In this document: piece by piece, positions 18,081-26,843 of the stretch
Numbering within the stretch: position 1 is the first letter of the stretch
Layout: every line of letters starts with the position of its first letter
DNA from: Gemmatimonadales bacterium
GTDB taxonomy: Bacteria; Gemmatimonadota; Gemmatimonadetes; Gemmatimonadales; GWC2-71-9
Assembly (NCBI GenBank): GCA_035279705.1
Contig: DATEHG010000069.1
Coordinates: forward strand, 6,091-70,090
Length of the DNA: 64,000 nt
Direction of reading: 5' to 3'
Program-made: the position numbers and the translations under genes
Notes under the pieces: model-generated
Told to the model about the DNA's origin: nothing
The model's database searches: none
The model's input: only the letters and a program-made list of their open reading frames with translations

Positions 18081-18584
18081 TCACTGCCGGGCTGGGAGGT
18101 CCACCAGACGGATTGTCGTGACTTGCCAGAGCGATCGGGCGGCACGCCGATCAGCTGGGGCGACAAGCCGGAATGGCCCCTCGTGGCTGTCGAGTGGCGC
18201 GACCCCCTTCCGGTCGGCCAGGACGATAACCGAAGCGCTGATACTCGGATCAAGTTCGGCAATGGCAAACCCCACCCGTTATCCGTCGCTGGCTTCGATG
18301 ACCAGTGACCGGGCCAGGGCGGCGCCACGGAGCGGATTGGAGAGATCGACGCCCGCCCGGGCCAGCACGTCTCTGAGCGGCACGCCCTGGTATGCGGCAG
18401 GGGCCTGGCCGTGGTCGGCCATGGCTACCTCGGTCCGAGGCATGGCCTGAAGCGCCGAATCCGTGAGGATGACCATGGCCGGCACATCGCCGGTGACAGT
18501 GACGGCGCCCTGCGCCGCCGCGGCGCCGGGCAGCAGCGCGGCCGCGATGAGGGCGGTGACCAGCCGGGGCGTGCGGCGCCTCAG
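18081..18584 (-). pseudogene. Secreted molybdopterin-oxidoreductase-like (YedY/SorA-fold) small protein interrupted by one in-frame TAA
   Basis: Track ORFs 18279..18485 and 18081..18275 are in the same frame. The read-through is …LVIEASDG-TAA-RVGFAIAELDPSISASVIVLADRKGVAPLDSHEGPFRLVAPADRRAARSLWQVTTIRLV. The stop (plus-strand tta at 18279..18281) sits where I would expect a sense codon, possibly Tyr (TAY). A signal-peptide-like N-terminus (LRRRTPRLVTALIAAALLPGAAAAQG) lies upstream, but I found no clear canonical start. Confidence 0.6.
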
Positions 18585-19546
18585 AAGCGAGCCTGGAACT
18601 GGGTGATGACGGTTCCGCCGGTCGTGCCCGGGTTGCCGAGGGTGCGGCGGACGTAGTTCACCGTGATGCGGAAGCGCGAGGCGGCGAAGAAGAGGTTGGC
18701 GCCTCCGGTGGTCGCGTGATTCTTGTAGCCGTGAGTGATCGCCTCATTGCGGCGGAAATCTTCCTGCTTGACCACCAGCTGAATCCACGGCACGATCCTG
18801 TACGACAACTGGGCGTACCACCCCTTGTCGGGGGAGTTCTGGAAGTCTCGCGCCAGGGTGATATACTCGCCCTTGAGCCCGATGCCCCGATAGTCGGCGG
18901 CCAGGTCCGCCCCGTACCGGGTGCTGTCCCTCGTGTCGGCGACGTTGGCGGCGATATTGAGGAACGGCAGCGGCCGGATCGAGAGCCGCCCGACCAGGAG
19001 CAAGGTGGTATCGGCGTTGCTGGGGTGGTTCTGTCCCGAGCCGTTGAAGATGCCGAAGGCGAGGTACCCAAGATTTCCGGCGGTATAGTCGCCCATGAGG
19101 CCGATGTCCCGCTTGGGAGCGAGTGAGTCGACCACGGATGCCCGGTCGGCGGTTTCGATCACAGCGATCGAGGTAACGTACTCGAGGGAGAACGGGGTCT
19201 TGTACTGGCCGGCGGTGAGGGCAAATCCGGACCTGCTCCAGCGGACCAGCGCGTCCCTCACGCTGACCGTGGCGACCCCGGCGGCCGGCGCGGTGAGTTC
19301 GGACTGCAGCTTGTAGCCGAAGCCGTCACCCAGGTAGCCGTCTACCGTGGCCCGGGCCCGGTTGAGGCTGAACACGAGTCCCGGTCCGTCGGTATAGGTG
19401 CCACGGGCCTGGATGTAACCGCCCAGCCGGACGGCGGGCCCGCTCGACGGCGCGTAGAGCGAAGGCGTCGGCACCTGCGCGGTGAGCGCTGGCGCTGAAA
19501 GGCACAGGATGAGCAGCCCGCGGGTCGCTACGGCCGATCGGCGCAT
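18581..19546 (-). CDS. Outer-membrane beta-barrel porin, tentatively OprO/P-like (anion-selective family)
   Basis: 321-aa ORF with a signal peptide (LLILCLSAPALTAQ), alternating beta-strand pattern, aromatic girdles and a C-terminal …ITQFQARF. The family assignment is by resemblance only. Confidence 0.6.
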   Translation of the reverse strand: MRRSAVATRGLLILCLSAPALTAQVPTPSLYAPSSGPAVRLGGYIQARGTYTDGPGLVFSLNRARATVDGYLGDGFGYKLQSELTAPAAGVATVSVRDALVRWSRSGFALTAGQYKTPFSLEYVTSIAVIETADRASVVDSLAPKRDIGLMGDYTAGNLGYLAFGIFNGSGQNHPSNADTTLLLVGRLSIRPLPFLNIAANVADTRDSTRYGADLAADYRGIGLKGEYITLARDFQNSPDKGWYAQLSYRIVPWIQLVVKQEDFRRNEAITHGYKNHATTGGANLFFAASRFRITVNYVRRTLGNPGTTGGTVITQFQARF

Positions 19547-19588
19547 GATATTCCAAGTCTTGTATTGAGTAGCATAGAGTCACTTAAT

Positions 19589-19627
19589 GGTATACATTTC
19601 AGCCTGATAGGGGAATATATGGATACC
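19589..19627. promoter_or_regulatory. AT-rich imperfect inverted repeat in the porin / mod-regulator divergent promoter region
   Basis: GGTATACAT (19589..19597) and ATGGATACC (19619..19627) match 8/9 as an inverted repeat. The second arm covers the regulator start codon. The region 19547..19618 is conspicuously AT-rich for this genome. Confidence 0.3.
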
Positions 19628-20005
19628 TTGAGCGCCCAGCAGGCTGCCAAGCTACTCCATCTCAACGTGAAGCGGGTCCAGGCCCTCGCCAGGTCCGGGC
19701 AGCTCCCCGCGGCGCGCGTCGGTCGAAAATGGCTGTTCCGGCGGACCGATCTGGAGCGGATGCTGGGCAACCAGGCCGGCGAGGCGGCCGCCCTCGGCCT
19801 CGAGCTGAGCGCCCGCAACCAGCTCCGGGGGCGGATCACCTTCATCAACCTCGGTACCATGATCGCCGAGGTGAAGATGGATATCGGGGGCCAGGAGCTG
19901 ACCGCGCTGATCACGAAGGACTCGGTCGAGAAGATGGCGCTCAAGATTGACGACGAAGTGCTGGCCATCATCAAGTCCACACAGGTCATCATCGGAAAAG
20001 GCTGA
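19619..20005 (+). CDS. Molybdate-responsive regulator candidate: excisionase-type HTH plus TOBE (Mop) domain
   Basis: ATG 19619 (MDTLSAQQAAKLLHLNVKRVQALARSGQLPAARVGRKWLFRRTDLERML). The C-terminal TOBE domain reads LSARNQLRGRITFINLGTMIAEVKMDIGGQELTALITKDSVEKMALKIDDEVLAIIKSTQVIIGK. Confidence 0.8.
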   Translation: MDTLSAQQAAKLLHLNVKRVQALARSGQLPAARVGRKWLFRRTDLERMLGNQAGEAAALGLELSARNQLRGRITFINLGTMIAEVKMDIGGQELTALITKDSVEKMALKIDDEVLAIIKSTQVIIGKG

Positions 20006-20009
20006 GGCA

Positions 20010-20828
20010 ATGCGTTCCTGGCTCAAGCGGGCAGCACTGGCCGCCGTACTCGTTCTCGGTCTCGTTCTTCCCGCCCGGGCCCAGCAGAAGATCCTCACGG
20101 TGTACGCCGCCGCCTCGCTCACCGAGGCGTTCGAAGACATCGGCAAGATGTACGAGCAGCAGCACCCGGGCACAGCGGTGGAGTTCAATTTCGCCGGCTC
20201 CCAGGCGCTGGTGTTCCAGATGCAGCAGGGGGCCGCCGCCGACGTTTTTGCCTCGGCCGACAACGTCTGGATGCAGGTCGCGGTCGACAGCGGACTCACG
20301 GCGGAGGCCCCCGTGTTCTTCGCCCACAATCGCCTCGTTGTCATCATTCCCAAGTCGAATCCCGGGCGGGTGGACGGTCTCGAGAACCTGGCCCGCCAGG
20401 GCACCAAGGTGGTCCTCGCCGCCGACGCGGCGCCGGTCGGTCGCTACAGCCGCCAGGCCCTGCGCAACCTGGCCAGCCAGCCCGGCTATCCCGCCGACTA
20501 TGTACGCAACGTGCTCCGGAACGTGGTCTCCAACGAGGAGAGCGTGAAGGGCGTGGTGTCCAAGGTCCAGCTGGGAGAAGCGGACGCCGGTATCGTCTAC
20601 CGGTCCGACGTCACGGAGCCGGTGGCCCGCGTCGTCAAGGTTCTGCCGATTCCCGAATCACTCAATGTCCGCGCCGACTACCCGATCGCCGTGCTCAAGG
20701 AGAGCCGCCAGCAGGATCTGGCCCGCGATTTCATCGCCCTGGTCATGTCCGCCGAGGGGCAATCCGTCCTGCGGCGATATAACTTCATCCCGGTCGGTTC
20801 GGCGGTCCCCGCGTCAACGAGTCCCTGA
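20010..20828 (+). CDS. modA: Molybdate ABC transporter substrate-binding protein ModA
   Basis: ATG 20010 with a signal peptide. ModA motifs: LTVYAAASLTEAFEDIGKMYE, NFAGSQALVFQMQQGAAADVFASAD and GEADAGIVYRSD. Confidence 0.9.
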   Translation: MRSWLKRAALAAVLVLGLVLPARAQQKILTVYAAASLTEAFEDIGKMYEQQHPGTAVEFNFAGSQALVFQMQQGAAADVFASADNVWMQVAVDSGLTAEAPVFFAHNRLVVIIPKSNPGRVDGLENLARQGTKVVLAADAAPVGRYSRQALRNLASQPGYPADYVRNVLRNVVSNEESVKGVVSKVQLGEADAGIVYRSDVTEPVARVVKVLPIPESLNVRADYPIAVLKESRQQDLARDFIALVMSAEGQSVLRRYNFIPVGSAVPASTSP

Positions 20829-20846
20829 ACAGGAGCAGTCCTCCCC

Positions 20847-21680
20847 ATGACCGAGCGGCGCCCGGGAGCCGGTGGCATCCTCCTGCGCGCCGCCACGGTG
20901 CTCGGGCCGCTGTTCCTTGCCGTCCTTCTCGGTGTTCCCCTCCTGGCCCTGCTCCTCCGGGTGCCGGCGGCCGATGTCCTTGGCCGGCTCGCTGAGCCCG
21001 AAGTCCTCCGCGCCCTCAGGCTGAGTCTATTCACCAGCGCCGTCGCCACGGGGCTGGTCGTACTGCTCGGCCTGCCGACGGCGTACTTGATGGCCTCCCG
21101 GCGCTTTCCCGGCAAGCGGGTGATCGAAGTGATCCTGGACCTCCCGATGGTCCTGCCGCCCACTGTGGCCGGCTTTGCCCTGCTCCTGGCCTTCGGGCGG
21201 AACGGACTGCTGGGCAGCACCCTGGGCGCCTTCGGCGTTACGCTCCCGTTCACCACGCTGGCGGTGGTCGTGGCGCAGGTGTTCATGGCCGTGCCCTTCT
21301 TCGTGGCGCCAGTAAGGGCGGGATTCGGGGCCGTCGAGCGGCGCTACCTCGACGCCGCGGCCACGCTCCGCGCCGGTGAGGGCTACACCTTCCGTCGCGT
21401 CATGCTGCCCCTCAGCCTGCCGTCGGTACTGGCCGGCACCGGCATGGCCTGGGCGCGCGCGCTCGGCGAGTTCGGCGCGACCATCACGTTCGCGGGCAAC
21501 CTTCCGGGCCGGACCCAGACGATGCCGCTCGCGGTTTACGTCGATCTCCAGGGCGACCTGGACCGCGCCGTCGCGCTGTCGGTGCTGCTGCTCCTCATGT
21601 CCGCCATACTCCTGCTCGCCTTGCGCTACTCGCCGGTCGGCCTCTTCGGCCGGAAAACCGATGCTCCGCTGCACCGTTAG
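20847..21680 (+). CDS. modB: Molybdate ABC transporter permease ModB
   Basis: 277-aa multi-TM ORF with the EAA-type loop YLDAAATLRAGEGYTFRRVMLPLSLP and ARALGEFGATITFAGN. Confidence 0.9.
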   Translation: MTERRPGAGGILLRAATVLGPLFLAVLLGVPLLALLLRVPAADVLGRLAEPEVLRALRLSLFTSAVATGLVVLLGLPTAYLMASRRFPGKRVIEVILDLPMVLPPTVAGFALLLAFGRNGLLGSTLGAFGVTLPFTTLAVVVAQVFMAVPFFVAPVRAGFGAVERRYLDAAATLRAGEGYTFRRVMLPLSLPSVLAGTGMAWARALGEFGATITFAGNLPGRTQTMPLAVYVDLQGDLDRAVALSVLLLLMSAILLLALRYSPVGLFGRKTDAPLHR

Positions 21681-22731
21681 CAAGCGCCTGGGCAACTTCG
21701 TGCTCGACCTGTCGCTCACCGCCGCCGAGGGCGAGACGCTTGTCGTGGTCGGGGAAAGCGGCTCGGGCAAGTCCACCCTCCTCCGCCTCCTGGCCGGTCT
21801 GGAGCGTCCCGATGCGGGCATCATCGCGCTCGATCAGGCCGAGTGGTTCAGCACGGAGTCCGGCGCCTGGTGCCCACCCGCCGAACGTTCGGTCGGGTTG
21901 GTTGCCCAGGACTACTCGCTGTTTCCTCACCTGACGGTGCTCGAGAACGTCTGCTTCGGACTTCGCGCCGCTGGCATGCAGGCGCCCCAGGCGCGGCGCC
22001 AGGCGTTCGACATGCTCGACCGGCTCGGCATCGGAGCCCTGTCCACCCGGCGGCCGGGCGGGCTTTCGGGCGGTCAGCAGCAGAGGGTGGCCCTGGCGCG
22101 CGCGCTGGTGCTCGACCCGGCGCTGCTCCTGCTCGACGAGCCGCTCTCCGCGCTCGACCTCCAGACCCGCCGCGAGGTGCGGGCCGAGCTGCGTGGCATG
22201 CTCGCCGCGCTCTCCTGCGTCACGGTGTATGTGACGCACAGCCCGCTCGAGGCGCTGGCCTTCGGGCGGCACATCGCGGTGCTGGACAACGGCAGCCTGG
22301 CCCAGTGGGGCAGCGGCGGCGAGCTGCTCCGCCATCCGCGCTCGCCGTACGTGGCGGAGTTCATCGGACTCAATTTCTTCCAGGGCACGATCGAGGGGCG
22401 GGGAGGCGGCCTGGCGCGGATTCGCACCGAGGGCGGGGTGCTCAGCGTGGTCGATCCCGGCGGCGAGGACCCCGTGCTCCTCGCGGTGGACCCGCGGGAA
22501 ATCGTCATTCATGCCGATGCGCCGAGCGGAAGTACCCAGAACGTGTTCCGGGGTCCGATTGTCGAGTTGATCCCGGAGCCGCCCCGGGGCGAGCGCGTCC
22601 GCATCGTCCTCGGCACCGAGCCTCCCCTGGTGGCGGAGGTGAGCCGGGCCGCGGTGGAACTGCTCGACTTGCAGGAAGGGAGGACGGTCTTCGCCACGTT
22701 CAAGGCGCTCGGGGTCACTGTTTACCGGTAG
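21661..22731 (+). CDS. modC: Molybdate ABC transporter ATP-binding protein ModC
   Basis: Internal ATG 21661 (MLRCTVSKRL…). Walker A GESGSGKST, signature LSGGQQQRVALARAL, Walker B LLLLDEP and a C-terminal TOBE-like region. Confidence 0.9.
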   Translation: MLRCTVSKRLGNFVLDLSLTAAEGETLVVVGESGSGKSTLLRLLAGLERPDAGIIALDQAEWFSTESGAWCPPAERSVGLVAQDYSLFPHLTVLENVCFGLRAAGMQAPQARRQAFDMLDRLGIGALSTRRPGGLSGGQQQRVALARALVLDPALLLLDEPLSALDLQTRREVRAELRGMLAALSCVTVYVTHSPLEALAFGRHIAVLDNGSLAQWGSGGELLRHPRSPYVAEFIGLNFFQGTIEGRGGGLARIRTEGGVLSVVDPGGEDPVLLAVDPREIVIHADAPSGSTQNVFRGPIVELIPEPPRGERVRIVLGTEPPLVAEVSRAAVELLDLQEGRTVFATFKALGVTVYR

Positions 22732-22804
22732 GTCCCTGGCCGGTGGCCAGACTTGCTCCCGCCCCTCCGAAGCGGCTAATCTCCCCGCCTTCTCGAAGCC
22801 CGGA

Positions 22805-24442
22805 ATGACAGCCATGAGCGGTGTGTTCAGCGTTCCCCAGCCCACCAACGAGCCGGTACTCGGCTATGCCCCCGGATCCGCCGAGCGGACGACGCTCAAG
22901 GCCGAGCTGGCCCGGCAGACCGGGCTGCAGGTGGATATCCCGGTCGTCGTCGGCGGCAAGGAAATCCGCACCGGCAAGACGATCGACGTGGTCTCCCCCC
23001 ACAATCACAAGCGGGTCATCGCCAAGGTGCACCAGGCGGACGCGGCCACGCTCGATGCGGCCATCCGTTCCGCGGTCGAGGCCCAGAAGGAGTGGGCCAG
23101 CTGGCCTTTCGAGCAGCGGGCGGCGGTATTTCTCAAGGCCGCGGATCTCCTGGCGGGCTCCTGGCGGCCGGTGATGAATGCCGCGACGATGCTTGGCCAG
23201 AGCAAGACCTGCTACCAGGCCGAGATCGACAGCGCCTGTGAAGCCATCGACTTCCTGCGGTTCAACGTGCACTTCGCCGAGCGGCTGATGCGGGAGCAGC
23301 CGATCAGCTCGCCGGGAGTGTGGAACCGGATGGAGCACCGGCCGCTCGAGGGGTTCGTCTACGCCATCACGCCGTTCAACTTCACCGCGATCGGCACCAA
23401 CCTGCCGACCACGCCGGCCATCCTCGGCAATGTGGCGCTCTGGAAGCCGGCGGCCACGGCGGCGCTCAGCAACTGGTACTTCATGAAGCTGCTCATGGAG
23501 GCCGGCTTGCCGCCGGGGGTGATCAACTTCGTGCCCGGCGATTCGTCGCTGGTGAGCGAGAAGCTGCTGTCCAACCGCAACCTGGCCGGTATTCATTTCA
23601 CGGGCTCGACCTCGGTCTTCCAGATGCTCTGGCGCAAGGTGGCGGAAAACCTGCCGAACTATGTGAGCTACCCTCGGCTGGTGGGGGAAACCGGCGGCAA
23701 GGACTTCATCTGGGCCCATCCCAGCGCCGACTGGGAAGCGCTCGCGGTGGCCATGGTGCGCGGGGCGTACGAGTACCAGGGACAGAAGTGCAGCGCCGCT
23801 TCGCGCTGCTACATCCCGGCCAGCCTGTGGCCGAAGGTCAAGGAACGGGTGCTGGCGCAGATCGCCGATATCCGGATGGGAGATGTGGCGGATTTCCGCA
23901 ACTTCATGGGTGCCGTCATTGACCGGAAGGCATTCGACCGGATCAAGGGCTACATCGACCAGAGCAAGGGCCAGAAGGGTGTGACGATCCTGGCGGGCGG
24001 CGGGTGCAATGCGGAGACCGGCTATTTCGTCGACCCGACGCTCATCCAGGTCGAGGATCCCGAATATCGCCTGATGTGCGAGGAGATCTTCGGCCCGGTG
24101 CTCACGGTGTACGTCTATCCCGACAACCAGTGGGAGGAGACGCTCGCCCTGGTGGACCGGACGAGCCCGTATGCACTGACCGGGGCGATCTGGGCCCAGG
24201 ACAAGGGGGTGCTGCTCACCGCCACGCGGGCGCTGCGCAACGCCGCCGGCAACTTCTACATCAACGACAAGCCGACCGGCGCCGTGGTAGCCCAGCAGCC
24301 GTTCGGTGGTGCCCGGGCCAGCGGCACCAACGACAAGGCCGGTTCGATCCTGAACCTGCTGCGCTGGATCTCACCGCGGAGCATCAAGGAAACGTTCGCC
24401 CCGCCGAAGGACTACCGGTATCCGTTCATGGGCGCGGAATAG
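22805..24442 (+). CDS. pruA: L-glutamate gamma-semialdehyde (1-pyrroline-5-carboxylate) dehydrogenase
   Basis: 545-aa aldehyde dehydrogenase with the long P5CDH-type N-terminus. Catalytic motifs VGETGGKDF and YQGQKCSAASRCY, with a C-terminal …FAPPKDYRYPFMG. Confidence 0.9.
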   Translation: MTAMSGVFSVPQPTNEPVLGYAPGSAERTTLKAELARQTGLQVDIPVVVGGKEIRTGKTIDVVSPHNHKRVIAKVHQADAATLDAAIRSAVEAQKEWASWPFEQRAAVFLKAADLLAGSWRPVMNAATMLGQSKTCYQAEIDSACEAIDFLRFNVHFAERLMREQPISSPGVWNRMEHRPLEGFVYAITPFNFTAIGTNLPTTPAILGNVALWKPAATAALSNWYFMKLLMEAGLPPGVINFVPGDSSLVSEKLLSNRNLAGIHFTGSTSVFQMLWRKVAENLPNYVSYPRLVGETGGKDFIWAHPSADWEALAVAMVRGAYEYQGQKCSAASRCYIPASLWPKVKERVLAQIADIRMGDVADFRNFMGAVIDRKAFDRIKGYIDQSKGQKGVTILAGGGCNAETGYFVDPTLIQVEDPEYRLMCEEIFGPVLTVYVYPDNQWEETLALVDRTSPYALTGAIWAQDKGVLLTATRALRNAAGNFYINDKPTGAVVAQQPFGGARASGTNDKAGSILNLLRWISPRSIKETFAPPKDYRYPFMGAE

Positions 24443-24451
24443 GCGAAGGGC

Positions 24452-24504
24452 GAAAAGCGAAGGGCGAAAGGGAACCGCTTTTCTCTTTTCGCCTTTCGCT
24501 TTTC
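24452..24504 (+). terminator. Long (about 21-bp) imperfect hairpin built from GGCGAAA-type repeats between convergent pruA and the amidohydrolase gene
   Basis: GAAAAGCGAAGGGCGAAAGGG (24452..24472) pairs with CTCTTTTCGCCTTTCGCTTTTC (24483..24504). There are 18 Watson-Crick pairs plus 3 G-U pairs in the plus-sense RNA. No clean U-tract follows. Confidence 0.5.
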
Positions 24505-24517
24505 TCCCGTTCGCAGC

Positions 24518-25822
24518 TCACTGGCCGCCTTTGTAGACCACGCCGCCTTTCATCACCCAGGTCACCCGCTGCAGCTCCTTGATGTCGGCCAGCGGATCAC
24601 CATCGGTCGCGATCAGGTCCGCCCAGTGGCCCGGCGCCACGGCGCCCAGGTCGTCGGCGTGGTCCAGCAGCGTCGCGGCGACGGAGGTGGCGGAGCGGAT
24701 GGCCTGCATCGGCGTCATGCCGTAGCGCACCATGTAGTCGAGTTCCTGGGCCTGGTTCTCGGTCCAGGCGTACCCGCCCGCGTCGGTGCCGTAGGAGATC
24801 ATCGCGCCGCGCTTGAGCGCCTCGCCGAACGCCTTGCGTTCGATCTCGACCATCTGGGGCCAGATCCCCCCGCGTCCTTCCGCCACGTAGGCGCCGACGA
24901 AGATCGTCGGGCACCAGTAGACGCCCTGCCTGTTCATCCGGTCGATCAGGTCAGGGGTCAGGCCGTCGCCGTGCTCGATACTGTTGACGCCGGCGCGAAG
25001 CGCCGCGTCGATGCCGTCCCAGCCGATCGCGTGGGATGCCACCTTGCGCCCCAGCCGGTGGGCCTCATCCACGAAGGCCTTGAACTCCTCGTCGGTGTAG
25101 TTGACCCAGCTCCGGAGCCGTCCGTCCTTGGCGATGTAGTAGCGGCGGTCCGAGTAGACCTTGATCCAGTCGGCACCGTACTTCACCTGCTCCCGGACCG
25201 CCTTGCGGATGGCATCCACGCCATCGACGATCTCCACTCCCTCCGGCACCTTGAGCTCCCAGGAGTACCCCGACAGCGGATACATCCCGGTGGGCGCAAA
25301 GGCGCGGGTGGCCACGTAGAGGCGCGGGCCGGGAACGATGCCCCGTTCGATGGCCCGCTTCAGATCCACGTCGGCGTACATGGCGCCTTCGGTTTCGAGA
25401 TCCCGCATGGTGGTAAAGCCATTGAGCAGCGCGGTGCGCGCCGCAGCGGTGGCCCGGATCGTCCGATAGGGAATGGATTCCTTGAGGAGCTGGTTGTCGT
25501 AGTCTTCGGCGGTGATGTCGCCCTGCAGGAGGAGGTGGGTATGGGCGTCGATCATACCGGGCAGCACGGTGCGGTTGCCCAGGTCGATGAGCCTGGCCTG
25601 TCCGGCGGTCTTCTGGATGTCGGCAAAGGCGCCCACGGCGGTGATCCGGTCGCCCTCGATCAGGATGCCCTGGTCAGTCCGGACCCGGTCACTCGTCCCG
25701 TCGATCAGGCGGGAGGCGTGGATCAGGATCCGGGCCGGGGCGGCCTGGCCGGCCAGGGCCCTTGCCGCGACGAGACCCATGACGAGGAAGGCGGCGGGCC
25801 ACCGGGAGTGGAGTCGGCGCAT
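24518..25822 (-). CDS. Secreted metal-dependent amidohydrolase (Xaa-Pro dipeptidase / imidazolonepropionase-like superfamily)
   Basis: 434-aa ORF with a signal peptide. Metal ligands MIDAHTHL near the N-terminus, …SHAIG…, …SIEHG… and …YGTDAG…. Confidence 0.8.
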   Translation of the reverse strand: MRRLHSRWPAAFLVMGLVAARALAGQAAPARILIHASRLIDGTSDRVRTDQGILIEGDRITAVGAFADIQKTAGQARLIDLGNRTVLPGMIDAHTHLLLQGDITAEDYDNQLLKESIPYRTIRATAAARTALLNGFTTMRDLETEGAMYADVDLKRAIERGIVPGPRLYVATRAFAPTGMYPLSGYSWELKVPEGVEIVDGVDAIRKAVREQVKYGADWIKVYSDRRYYIAKDGRLRSWVNYTDEEFKAFVDEAHRLGRKVASHAIGWDGIDAALRAGVNSIEHGDGLTPDLIDRMNRQGVYWCPTIFVGAYVAEGRGGIWPQMVEIERKAFGEALKRGAMISYGTDAGGYAWTENQAQELDYMVRYGMTPMQAIRSATSVAATLLDHADDLGAVAPGHWADLIATDGDPLADIKELQRVTWVMKGGVVYKGGQ

Positions 25823-25940
25823 GGTTGCTCCAGGGATGTGGTAAGGAGAGTGCGCTGGAAGTTGAGCCGGCCGTCCGGCGCCGCAAGGGTGGGCCGGTCT
25901 ACGCTACCTTTGTCGTGCCATTTCCAGTGAGATCGCCCGC

Positions 25941-26744
25941 GTGACCGTTCGCCCATCGGCCCTGCTGCTGCTCTGCCTTCCGGTCGCGGTCCTCCGCGCC
26001 CAGTCACCGGTCTACAACCCGGCGATGCTGGATGGCGCCCGCTTCCAGCAGACGATCCGCAGCCAGATCCGGACCGAGGCGGGCAACAAGGTGAGCCAGG
26101 AGCGCAGCGGCCGCGAGGGGACGATCGACATGCGGGCCGTCATGGGAGACAGCGGCATCCAGCTCGAGTCCTGGTTCGAGTCCCTGAATCTCTGGCGGGA
26201 AAGCGGCGACGAACGATACGCCCCGGATACCGACGGCCTGATCGGCGGACGGTACCGGGGCCGCCTTTCCCCCGACGGCCGGTACCAGTGGCTGGATCAG
26301 CCCTTCATTCCCGACCAGCTCTCCGAGCTGGCCGAGCTGGGTTCGGCGCTCGACGATCTTCTCCCTCCGGTACCTGCCGCCGACCTGAAGGTCGGCGCCG
26401 CGGTGTCCTCGGCGGACGGCTGGAGGATCGAGCGTCAGCCCGACAGCTCGGCGGAGGGTCGGGTCCTCCGCCGCTATCTCATTGCCGGGGAGCGGCGCCG
26501 GGCCGAGGTCGGCGCGCCGATCGATTCGCTCCCGGTCGAAGCCAGTACGTACGAGAAGGAAACCGGCACCATGATCTGGGACCCCGAGCAGGGGCCGCTG
26601 CGCTGGCTGCGGCAGATCACGCTCACCGCCGCGCTGCCGGCCAAGGGTGCCATCCGCCGACCGGTGCGGACCCAGATCGAGCAGTCCGTGCTGCTGGAGC
26701 GGCTGGGGCCGGGCGAGTCTCAGTCTCGGACAGGTCCGCCGTAG
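25941..26744 (+). CDS. Hypothetical secreted protein
   Basis: GTG start and signal peptide MTVRPSALLLLCLPVAVLRAQ. I recognise no domain. Confidence 0.5.
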   Translation: MTVRPSALLLLCLPVAVLRAQSPVYNPAMLDGARFQQTIRSQIRTEAGNKVSQERSGREGTIDMRAVMGDSGIQLESWFESLNLWRESGDERYAPDTDGLIGGRYRGRLSPDGRYQWLDQPFIPDQLSELAELGSALDDLLPPVPAADLKVGAAVSSADGWRIERQPDSSAEGRVLRRYLIAGERRRAEVGAPIDSLPVEASTYEKETGTMIWDPEQGPLRWLRQITLTAALPAKGAIRRPVRTQIEQSVLLERLGPGESQSRTGPP

Positions 26745-26794
26745 GCGCCGGGCGCGGGCCCGGTCCGGGCCGCGCGGCGGAGAGCGCGGGCAAG

Positions 26795-26823
26795 ATATAT
26801 AGGTATGCGGCATACATATATTT
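26795..26823. promoter_or_regulatory. AT-rich extended palindrome 3' of marR (core GTATGC-G-GCATAC)
   Basis: ATATATAG-GTATGC-G-GCATAC-ATATATTT. The 6-bp arms are perfect and the flanks are imperfect. It shares the CATATAT motif with the palindrome at 27358..27382. Confidence 0.35.
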
Positions 26824-26843
26824 GACTCCTTTGAGAGTGGCGG

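Noticed and set aside
18275-18285. Frameshift between track ORFs 18279..18485 and 18081..18275
   Set aside because: The coordinates differ by a multiple of 3 (18485-18275 = 210), so the two ORFs are in the same frame. The lesion is a single in-frame TAA, not an indel.
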